DNA of 64,000 nucleotides from a virus: IMG/VR virus record IMGVR_UViG_3300042987_000557, positions 6,502 to 70,501 of that record; one strand, 5' to 3'. Shown piece by piece: positions 27,654 to 34,949 of this stretch (position 1 is its first letter; each line of letters starts with the position of its first letter). The notes under the pieces were generated by a model. It saw only the letters and a program-made list of their open reading frames with translations, ran no database searches and was not told where the DNA came from. The position numbers and the translations under genes were made by a program.

Positions 27654-27692
27654 GGGGACATTCTGACCATTCGTCAGTTTGTCCCTTTTTTA
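27654..27692 (+). terminator. 27-bp palindrome copy 9 (27657-27683), doubling as a terminator
   Basis: GGGACATTCTGAC-CATTC-GTCAGTTTGTCCC followed by TTTTTT. Confidence 0.7.
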
Positions 27693-27704
27693 TTGGGGTT
27701 CTAC

Positions 27705-27733
27705 TTGCGTTCCTCCAAACATTAGACTATACT
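27705..27733 (+). promoter_or_regulatory. Sigma70 promoter for replication operon
   Basis: TTGCGT-17bp-TATACT. Confidence 0.7.
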
Positions 27734-27755
27734 AAGTCAACTTTTGGAGAGATAC

Positions 27756-28142
27756 ATGACCCCTGAAGGCAAAGTAAAATCGAAGGTAACCGATCTACTG
27801 CTCAAGTACTGCGCTTACTACTTCAAGCCCACTACCGGTGGTTACGGTAGAAGCGGCGTTCCTGATATCGTCGGGTGCGTGAACGGCAAGTTCTTCGCTA
27901 TAGAATGCAAAGCGGGAAACAATCAGCCGACACTGCTACAAACAACCGAGATGGAAAATATAAGGTTACACAAAGGGGTAGCCTTTGTTATCAACGAAAA
28001 TAACCTTCAGCTTCTTGAGGACTGGCTTTTAGAACAGTCCAAGGATAATTCACAATATGTGCCGACCGAAAAAATGACCGTTCCCGCGATAGGAAAGCTC
28101 CATTCCAAGCGCATAAAGGTTTACTATGATCCTAACGATTGA
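27756..28142 (+). CDS. VRR-NUC family nuclease / putative Holliday junction resolvase
   Basis: MTPEGKVK...G.GRSGVPDI...G.FFAIECKAG...T.LQ. Confidence 0.85.
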   Translation: MTPEGKVKSKVTDLLLKYCAYYFKPTTGGYGRSGVPDIVGCVNGKFFAIECKAGNNQPTLLQTTEMENIRLHKGVAFVINENNLQLLEDWLLEQSKDNSQYVPTEKMTVPAIGKLHSKRIKVYYDPND

Positions 28143-29994
28143 TTTTGAAACGTTCTATGATAAAGAATATTCTTTATCTAAGATCACAACCGAAGAGTAC
28201 GTGCGCGATCCACGCTTTGAAACCATCGGCGTTTGCGTAAAGGTGGACGACGAGCCGACTGAATGGTTTAGTGGTACGCACGAGCAGACAGCAAAGTGGT
28301 TGGCACAGTTCCCGTGGGAGGATGCGTTCGTGTTAGCCCACAACATGTTGTTCGACGGTGCGATACTTAGCTGGCGCTACAACATCAAACCCTTTGTGTA
28401 CTTGGATACGCTGTGCATGGCGCGAGCAGTGGACGGCATCGAGGCAGGTAACAGTCTGTCAAAACTGGCCGAACGTTACAACCTTGGTCAGAAAGGCAAC
28501 GAGGTAGTCCTAGCACTTGGCAAACGGCGCAAAGATTTCACATCGTACGAGCTAAGTAACTACGCTCGGTACTGTGCTAACGACGTGGACATTACCTACA
28601 AGTTGTTCGACGTGTTCAAGGAGTCGTTCAACAAGAACGAACTAAAGGTAATCGACCTTACGTTACGCATGTTCACCATGCCAGTGCTGACCTTGGACTC
28701 TGCCTTCTTACAGAAGCACCTCGACGAAGTGATAGCGCAGAAGGAAACGCTTCTTGAAGAAGCAGGTGTCACCAAAGAAGTTCTGATGTCTAACCCAAAG
28801 TTTGCCGCGATGCTTGAGTCTTGGGGCGTTGATGTGCCGATGAAGATGAGTCCTACAACGAAGAAGATTACGTTTGCACTAGCAAAGAATGACGATGGGT
28901 TCAAAGCCTTAGCTGAGCATCCTGATCCTCGCGTCCAGTGCGCTGTTGCTGCTCGCTTAGGCACAAAATCAACTTTGGAAGAGACAAGGACGCAGAGGCT
29001 ACTTGACATATCGTTTCGGGGTAGCCTCCCCGTTCCCCTTCGCTATTACGCCGCGCACACTGGTCGTTGGGGTGGCGACGACAAGGTGAACCTCCAGAAC
29101 ATCCCTCGCAAATCAAAGATCAAGCAAGCCATTTGCGCCCCTCATGGGCATGTGCTTGTCGAAGCCGACTCCTCTCAAATCGAGGCGCGGATACTTGCAT
29201 GGCTAGCTGGCGAAAAATATTTGGTTAATGCGTTTGAGAAAGGTGAAGACGTATACAAGATCATGGCCGCTGCGATGTATCACTGCGATGTGTCGGAGGT
29301 GACTGAAGCCCAACGCTTCATAGGCAAAACGGTTGTGCTCGGATGTGGTTACGGCCTAGGGGCTGAGAAGTTCATGAAGCATATGAACTCGGTCGGCGTA
29401 CATATGGGCATCGATAATGCTCGGTACATCATCGGTACATACAGGGGCAGAAACGGATTCATTACTAACCTATGGGAAGAAGGACAGCGGTGCTTGGAAG
29501 CTCTTGCATCAGAAGAATTAAAAACCACTGAGTTTGGCTTTCAACCACAGGCAGTAAAGCTTATGCCGGGAGTTGGGTTTGACATGCCGAGCGGCATACC
29601 CTTGAAATACCCCAAGATCGAAATCGATACTGAGGCTTCGTTGCGAAGGGCAGCAAAACTAGGGAGGCCGTTACAAGACACTATTCAGTACCGTTACGCA
29701 ACCAAGCGTGGATACGTGAATATCTACGGCGGTAAGGTTGTGGAGAACGTCTGCCAAGCATTGGCTCGCTGTGTAATAGCACAGCAGATGCTAAAGGTTG
29801 CAGCAGTGTATCCGGTGGTCCTCACAGTTCATGACTCGATTGTTTGCATAGCACCAGAGCGTGGATGGGAAGCGGCTTGTGACTACGTGCAAGAGTGCAT
29901 GAGATGGCGACCCTCATGGGCAAGTACGCTTCCTTTGAATTGCGAAGTCAAATACGGAAAGACATATGGAACAACAGTCAAATACATCGGATAA
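28126..29994 (+). CDS. polA: DNA polymerase, family A (3'-5' exonuclease + polymerase)
   Basis: IDFET and AHNMLFD (exonuclease); HTGRW, NLQNIP, ADSSQIEAR (motif A), R..GKTVVLGCGYG (motif B), TVHDS (motif C). Confidence 0.93.
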   Translation: MILTIDFETFYDKEYSLSKITTEEYVRDPRFETIGVCVKVDDEPTEWFSGTHEQTAKWLAQFPWEDAFVLAHNMLFDGAILSWRYNIKPFVYLDTLCMARAVDGIEAGNSLSKLAERYNLGQKGNEVVLALGKRRKDFTSYELSNYARYCANDVDITYKLFDVFKESFNKNELKVIDLTLRMFTMPVLTLDSAFLQKHLDEVIAQKETLLEEAGVTKEVLMSNPKFAAMLESWGVDVPMKMSPTTKKITFALAKNDDGFKALAEHPDPRVQCAVAARLGTKSTLEETRTQRLLDISFRGSLPVPLRYYAAHTGRWGGDDKVNLQNIPRKSKIKQAICAPHGHVLVEADSSQIEARILAWLAGEKYLVNAFEKGEDVYKIMAAAMYHCDVSEVTEAQRFIGKTVVLGCGYGLGAEKFMKHMNSVGVHMGIDNARYIIGTYRGRNGFITNLWEEGQRCLEALASEELKTTEFGFQPQAVKLMPGVGFDMPSGIPLKYPKIEIDTEASLRRAAKLGRPLQDTIQYRYATKRGYVNIYGGKVVENVCQALARCVIAQQMLKVAAVYPVVLTVHDSIVCIAPERGWEAACDYVQECMRWRPSWASTLPLNCEVKYGKTYGTTVKYIG

Positions 29995-30649
29995 GTACAC
30001 ATGGTCGTACAGCAGCATGTCACTGTTTCAGCAGTGCCCGCGCAAGTACTACCGGTTACGTGTCACCAAAGATATTGTTGAACCCCCGCAAGAACATTTG
30101 CTTTACGGTACGGCGGTACACAAAGCTGCTGAGGACTACATCAGTCTTGATAAGCCGCTTCATCCTGACTACGAATTTATGCGCCCACAGTTAGATGTAC
30201 TCAAGAAGCTGCCGGGGACTAAGTATTGTGAATATGAGATGGGCCTAACGAAAGAGTTTGAGCCTTGTAAATTTAACGCTCCTAACGTGTGGTTAAGAGG
30301 GATTGCTGATTTGCTCGTAGTAAACGATAACAGAGCACGTATCGTGGACTACAAAACGGGCAAGAGTCGGTTTGCCGACACTAAGCAACTTGAGCTTTTG
30401 TCGTTGCTGGTGTTCAAGCATTTCCCTTACGTCACCCACGTAAAAGCGGGGTTGGTTTTCGTGGTAGCCCACGATCTGGTAACGGCTGACTATGCACAAG
30501 AAAAGTCAGACGAATACTGGATGCGGTGGTTGCCCGAGATCGACCGATTAGAGCAGTGTTTTGCTTCCAACACATGGAACCCGAAGCAGAACTTTACCTG
30601 CAAGAAGTTTTGTCCTGTAACTGATTGTGAACATAACGGAAGGAGTTAA
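29966..30649 (+). CDS. Cas4/RecB-like PD-(D/E)XK exonuclease
   Basis: WSYSS...QCPRKY, G.AVH, GIADL, VDYKTG, Q..L, C-terminal C..FCP..C. Confidence 0.85.
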   Translation: MEQQSNTSDKYTWSYSSMSLFQQCPRKYYRLRVTKDIVEPPQEHLLYGTAVHKAAEDYISLDKPLHPDYEFMRPQLDVLKKLPGTKYCEYEMGLTKEFEPCKFNAPNVWLRGIADLLVVNDNRARIVDYKTGKSRFADTKQLELLSLLVFKHFPYVTHVKAGLVFVVAHDLVTADYAQEKSDEYWMRWLPEIDRLEQCFASNTWNPKQNFTCKKFCPVTDCEHNGRS

Positions 30650-30653
30650 TCAC

Positions 30654-31058
30654 ATGCGTAAGTCTATGTATGACGATAAAGTTGTAAAGATGCTAGAGAA
30701 GTCTGGCGGTATGAAAGCCTCGGCGGTTGCTAAGCAATTGGATACCAGAGCATCCACTATTTATAAGGTGCTAACACGTTTGGTCGAGCAAGGCCGCATC
30801 ATAAAAGACGGGCAATTTTTTAAAGCCCATCAGGATTTTGTTACGAAGATGGTTTCAGCAGCCTCGTCTATTGCTTCATTGCCAGTAATCGAAAAGAAAA
30901 GAGAAATGTATGAGTCTTTGGAAAGGGACGCAATTAAGTCTACGATTAAACACGAAATTGAGGAAGTTGGTAAAGAGATAGGTCAGCTCACTCGTGAGAT
31001 GCACGTCTTACGCCAGATCCAAGATCGTTTGGTTTCAATCCTTGAGCGCACTAAGTGA
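30654..31058 (+). CDS. Winged-HTH DNA-binding protein with coiled coil
   Basis: GMKASAVAKQLDTRASTIYKVLTRLVEQGRI; AGGAG RBS. Confidence 0.75.
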   Translation: MRKSMYDDKVVKMLEKSGGMKASAVAKQLDTRASTIYKVLTRLVEQGRIIKDGQFFKAHQDFVTKMVSAASSIASLPVIEKKREMYESLERDAIKSTIKHEIEEVGKEIGQLTREMHVLRQIQDRLVSILERTK

Positions 31059-31246
31059 GCAATATGGAAGACATAAGCAAACATCTCATGCACGCACACA
31101 CTGCACTCAAATCTGTGTACGAGTGTGTTAACGAGCAGCGTTATGAGCATGCACTGCACCACGCAGAGGAAGCCTTGTTTCACTCACGCTGCTGCATCTT
31201 GTGGTTGAAGGAGAGAACCGATGACCCCACAGCCCCTGACCGATAA
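31055..31246 (+). CDS. Hypothetical protein
   Basis: 63 aa, His-rich helical, coupled to neighbours. Confidence 0.6.
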   Translation: MSNMEDISKHLMHAHTALKSVYECVNEQRYEHALHHAEEALFHSRCCILWLKERTDDPTAPDR

Positions 31247-31652
31247 GCAGATCAAAGTTCTCAAGTACGTGAAGAAGCGGGTGACGCCGCCCACTGTCAG
31301 GGACATAGCCTTGCAGACGAAGCTCGATAAGAGCACTGTTTACGCTGTTATGACCAGACTTGTGAGGTGGGGTTGTGTTGAAAGCTTTTTGAAGAAAGAC
31401 CCTAACAGGCCGTACATCACGGCAGAGCGGCATTACAAATTCATAACGATGGAACCTACAAAACAGGAGAAGCTATTCCAGAAACAAGAAGATCGTTTGT
31501 ATTCCAGAAAGTTTGCCAAGGCAAGGGTGACCATACCCGAGCCTTTTTTCAGTGATCCATTCAACATAACAGGAGAAAGAGATGCAAATAAAGACAACAA
31601 GCGAAAGCACAAACGTACTCGAAACGTTCAAACGGCAGTGGCGGCTTCTTAA
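31221..31652 (+). CDS. Winged-HTH DNA-binding protein (LexA-N/IclR-like)
   Basis: LTDKQIKVLKYV....PPTVRDIA......STVYAVMTRL...G. Confidence 0.78.
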   Translation: MTPQPLTDKQIKVLKYVKKRVTPPTVRDIALQTKLDKSTVYAVMTRLVRWGCVESFLKKDPNRPYITAERHYKFITMEPTKQEKLFQKQEDRLYSRKFAKARVTIPEPFFSDPFNITGERDANKDNKRKHKRTRNVQTAVAAS

Positions 31653-31782
31653 ACAACCTTATCCGTGGAAAGACCCCAAGGTGATTGCCGAGCGTCGGAG
31701 AATAGCCGCCCTTGATCGGGCAAGGATTGATCTTAGGTTCGGATACCCAAACAATGTAAGTTCTAAAACTATTGAGGATTAA
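31582..31782 (+). CDS. Hypothetical protein
   Basis: AGGAG RBS; TNVLETFKR motif. Confidence 0.6.
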   Translation: MQIKTTSESTNVLETFKRQWRLLKQPYPWKDPKVIAERRRIAALDRARIDLRFGYPNNVSSKTIED

Positions 31783-31787
31783 AAATC

Positions 31788-32555
31788 ATGGCTACAAAGA
31801 AAGTAACAGAAGATACGATTCAAATCGTTGAGATGGAAACCCAAACGGTTACGTTCCATGTACTAGGAACTACACCGATGATCTGCAATCGTATGCCTGA
31901 GAAGGCATGGCAGCAACTGCTTCTTCCTTCCGGTCGCAAGACTGCTGCTGAGAAAGCAGGATCAATGAAGCACGATCCTTTGACTGAGTATCGCTCATCG
32001 CCATACCGTATGCCGCAAGGTGATCATGCAACTGAGTTGTCTGTGTTAGCTACGCAGTTTAAAGGTGCGCTACGCAATGCTGCACTGGATATGCCTGGAG
32101 CTAAGAAGTCACAGATTGGTCGCCTGACAACGGTTGAGAATGAACGTCTTGAGTTGTTCGGTGTTCCTAAGATCTTCTCAAGTATCACTCGGTCAGCAGA
32201 CATCAACAAGACCCCTGATGTACGCACTCGCGCCATCGTACCGAAGTGGGCATGTAAGGTTGACATCACTTATGTGCGTCCGGTTTTGAACCATACAGTT
32301 ATCTCTAACCTTTTCGCTACAGCAGGTATAACGATGGGCGTAGGTGATTGGAGACCTGAGAAAGGTTCAGGTAACTACGGTCGTTGGAAGATTGTCGATG
32401 CTGATGATTCTGACTTCTTAGAAATAATTAAGACAGGTGGCAAGGCAGCGCAACTTGAAGCACTGGAGAACCCAGAGGCTTATGACGATGACACTGAAGA
32501 GTTGCTATCGTGGTTCAACACAGAGACCAAACGTCGTGGTTTGAAAGTAGCTTAA
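31788..32555 (+). CDS. Stand-alone Cas7/RAMP-like protein, candidate RNA-guided effector
   Basis: RAMP/RRM-like order of motifs: first strand FHVLGTTPMICN, helix ATQFKGALRNAA, thumb region ending VRTRA..PKW....ITY, Gly-rich loop AG...GVGDWRPEKGSGNYGRWKI. Confidence 0.75.
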   Translation: MATKKVTEDTIQIVEMETQTVTFHVLGTTPMICNRMPEKAWQQLLLPSGRKTAAEKAGSMKHDPLTEYRSSPYRMPQGDHATELSVLATQFKGALRNAALDMPGAKKSQIGRLTTVENERLELFGVPKIFSSITRSADINKTPDVRTRAIVPKWACKVDITYVRPVLNHTVISNLFATAGITMGVGDWRPEKGSGNYGRWKIVDADDSDFLEIIKTGGKAAQLEALENPEAYDDDTEELLSWFNTETKRRGLKVA

Positions 32556-32565
32556 GGAGATAAAC

Positions 32566-33030
32566 ATGGATAGAGCCGCAATAGCTAAAAGATTAGAGGA
32601 GATTGCGGCCCTCCACGGAGGGTCGCTTACACCAGACATCGTAGTGGCAGATGCTAAGAACCCATCAAGTCCTTTACATAGCTACTTTGACTGGAGTGTT
32701 GAGAGCGCAGCACATAAGCACTGGATTGATACCGCACGTAATCTAATTGCTTCTGTGCGCGTGATTGTAACCACAGAGAAAGTTGTTATTAAAGCACCTT
32801 TCTATCTACGTGATCCAAGCAAAAAAGGTAACGAGCAAGGCTACACCACACTTACCAAAGTACGTAGTAATAAAGATCTTTCAAGGGAAGTTATCAATAA
32901 TGAAGTTGCACTCATTGTTGGTGCGCTAAGAAGAGCAAAGAACGTAGCACAAGCCCTTGATATGGTGGATGAGATGGAAGCACTGCTTGAACAAGTCTTA
33001 GTCCTACGCAACAAGCTAGAGAAGGTTTAG
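32566..33030 (+). CDS. Conserved partner protein between the RAMP-like gene and the array
   Basis: G.LTP..VV..A....SPLH.YFDW....AA......AR.LI..V motif; AAGGAG RBS; stop codon abuts the array. Confidence 0.75.
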   Translation: MDRAAIAKRLEEIAALHGGSLTPDIVVADAKNPSSPLHSYFDWSVESAAHKHWIDTARNLIASVRVIVTTEKVVIKAPFYLRDPSKKGNEQGYTTLTKVRSNKDLSREVINNEVALIVGALRRAKNVAQALDMVDEMEALLEQVLVLRNKLEKV

Positions 33031-33447
33031 GCAGGCCGGGTACGGTAAGGTCAGGCTTGGTGCGGTGGGGTTCGGCAGGCAAGGCGCGGCTAGATTAAGC
33101 AAGGTGGGGTATGGCGACGTGAGGTAGGGCAGGCTCGGTTCGGTAGGTTGCCTTTGGGTATGGTTCGGCGCGGTTCGTTTTGGCAGGCAAGGATTGATCC
33201 GGCATGGACAGGCGCGGCAACGCGGGGTGCGGTGAGGTATGGTATGGCAGGCGTGGTGAGGTCGGGTGAGGTGAGGTCGGGTCGGGTTTGTTGTGGCAGG
33301 CTAGGTGAGGTCGGGTTAGTTGTTATATGTAAGGTCTTATCAGGCAGGCTAGGTAAGGTTCGGTTCGGTTTTATTCAGTGCGGTTTGTTAGGGCAGGCAC
33401 GGTGGCGTTAGGTAATACAAGGTGTGATGGGTTTTGATGAGGCAGGT
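33030..33447 (+). ncRNA. GGY-NN pentamer array of 8 units delimited by GGCAGGY; candidate guide-RNA array
   Basis: GGCAGGY at 33030, 33074, 33128, 33182, 33246, 33295, 33343, 33392, 33441. Spacings 44, 54, 54, 64, 49, 48, 49, 49, i.e. 4+5n except one. The repeat is certain; RNA function is inferred. Confidence 0.8.
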
Positions 33448-33470
33448 AATTTAATTAAGAAAGGAAAACT

Positions 33471-33710
33471 ATGAGTATGATGAATTTAAACAAACCAGCA
33501 GAAACGGAAACACAACCTGTGTTCATTCTGCGCGGTGTGCCGTATCTGCCCCATTACAGTTTTAAACATACATGGATAAGTCCCGGCAGAGAACATGAGT
33601 GTAAGAAGTACAGCACCACTGAAATGGTTGAAGTAGGCGCACGTCTTACGACGATGCAGTTATGGAAAAGATTTTGGACAAATGAGGTGAAGGGATGGAA
33701 GATACTTTGA
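33471..33710 (+). CDS. Hypothetical protein
   Basis: AAGGA RBS; YLPHY motif. Confidence 0.65.
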   Translation: MSMMNLNKPAETETQPVFILRGVPYLPHYSFKHTWISPGREHECKKYSTTEMVEVGARLTTMQLWKRFWTNEVKGWKIL

Positions 33711-33838
33711 TATGGGGATTTGGGTTCTTGGTTGGCTTCATGCTCGGTGTGATCAGAGGTAGACGAAGCATCGTGCGTGAGGCCCAAGCGTTAGTGGCTG
33801 AAGCTATTATGAGAATACGAGAGGGGCACAAGGTATGA
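33695..33838 (+). CDS. Small membrane protein (47 aa)
   Basis: MEDTLIWGFGFLVGFMLGVIRGRR...; GAGGTG RBS; ATGA overlap with the next gene. Confidence 0.6.
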   Translation: MEDTLIWGFGFLVGFMLGVIRGRRSIVREAQALVAEAIMRIREGHKV

Positions 33839-34077
33839 ATGACAACGTCAACCACCCAAAACATTATACGAACCACCCCTCGGGGGTGGAGTGTATAGAG
33901 ATTACCGAGCACATGAATTTCTGTATAGGCAATGCTGTTAAATATCTTTGGAGAGCTGGACTCAAAGGTGAGCAGGTTGAAGATCTGAGAAAGGCACGTT
34001 GGTATATCGACCGTGAGATCGCTCGCATACTGAACAACCAAAAAGATCCACCGTTTATGAGGAAGGCAGATGAGTAG
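33835..34077 (+). CDS. DUF3310 (SaV / T7 gp1.7-like) protein
   Basis: VNHPKHY...G.ECI...FC.GNAVKYLWRAG.K...EDLRKARWY. Confidence 0.88.
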   Translation: MNDNVNHPKHYTNHPSGVECIEITEHMNFCIGNAVKYLWRAGLKGEQVEDLRKARWYIDREIARILNNQKDPPFMRKADE

Positions 34078-34258
34078 CCAACTGTGGAAGTTCGCCATGC
34101 TAGCCGCATGGCTTGAAGGCTACGCCGAGGGTTTGCCTGACTATTGCACAGCAGAGAAGTTCAAGATCAAAGAAGCTGCTGAGTTGTTAATGGAAGTTTA
34201 CGAAGAACGTATGAAGGAGAGTGAAACATGGAAGATGAACACAAGCGATCAGGCATAA
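34070..34258 (+). CDS. Hypothetical protein
   Basis: 62 aa, overlapping operon structure. Confidence 0.6.
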   Translation: MSSQLWKFAMLAAWLEGYAEGLPDYCTAEKFKIKEAAELLMEVYEERMKESETWKMNTSDQA

Positions 34259-34710
34259 GGTGTAGTGAACATCCCGACGCACCGCACGGATTCATGCGTG
34301 ACGCATCTCATAGCGCAGGGCGATATGTGTGTGAGTGTGAGAGTTGGGAACCGCCGAAAAACAAACCGATGACAAGAGATGAATGGAAGGAATGGCTTGC
34401 AGAGTCTTGGGACGAAGCACAAGCGCGAGCCCACACACCAGACGACATAAAAAAGATTAAAAGTAGATGGGAGCCTGTGGCGTACACAACGGGCTTTTAT
34501 AACGGGCATTGCGTCATTGAACCGATTGATCGGGTTACCGTATTGCCCGTTGATACGGCCTTGTACCGCGCACCGACAGAGTGGGTTGGGCTGACGGATG
34601 AGGAGGTGTCAGAAATTATTGATCGGGAGATTGGGTTTAACAGTTGTTGGGGTCCGGAAGAAAAGTTTGCCCGAGCAATTGAGCAAGCCTTGAAGGAGAA
34701 GAACACATGA
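34228..34710 (+). CDS. Mosaic hypothetical phage protein
   Basis: HPDAPHGF.R.AS....RYVCECE, EPVA, EWVGLTDEE...FARAIEQALKEKN modules common in betaproteobacterial phages. Confidence 0.7.
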   Translation: MEDEHKRSGIRCSEHPDAPHGFMRDASHSAGRYVCECESWEPPKNKPMTRDEWKEWLAESWDEAQARAHTPDDIKKIKSRWEPVAYTTGFYNGHCVIEPIDRVTVLPVDTALYRAPTEWVGLTDEEVSEIIDREIGFNSCWGPEEKFARAIEQALKEKNT

Positions 34711-34949
34711 GCGAAAACAAAAACGCAAAGACACCAGCAGACGGAGAGCCTTTGCCCATAGCAACAAGCGCCATGACGCTAGAGCAAACACGACAGTGGA
34801 TTGCCGACACATGGAAAAGGTGTCAGGACGAAGTTTGGCGGGAGCCAACCACGCCATCCGTGGTGGTGTACCTAACCGCTGGTAGCTACAGTCTTGAAAC
34901 GCTTGAAAATCTGGTTAAGTTACTTAGAAAGGTGGCTAACGATGACTAG
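34707..34949 (+). CDS. Hypothetical protein
   Basis: 80 aa, AAGGAG RBS. Confidence 0.6.
   Translation: MSENKNAKTPADGEPLPIATSAMTLEQTRQWIADTWKRCQDEVWREPTTPSVVVYLTAGSYSLETLENLVKLLRKVANDD

Noticed and set aside
19017-27683. 27-bp palindromes as CRISPR repeats, integron attC sites or targets of the array
   Set aside because: Spacing is irregular (0.2-1.9 kb), several are intragenic, no integrase is present, and no unit's gapped NN string matched them by eye.
29966-30649. Cas4-like nuclease as part of the RAMP/array system
   Set aside because: It overlaps polA, four genes away, in the usual replication context of stand-alone phage Cas4-like exonucleases; there is no evidence of linkage.
33148-33411. 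87-aa G/R/V-rich ORF over the array
   Set aside because: TTG start with no RBS. The periodicity is 5, not 3, and the array extends beyond both ORF ends, so it is a by-product of stop-poor G-rich sequence.
33030-33447. Canonical CRISPR array or simple microsatellite
   Set aside because: There are no 23-50 bp identical repeats with free spacers. NN diversity and regular GGCA punctuation do not fit slippage. A purely G-quadruplex role is not excluded but would not explain the strict phase.
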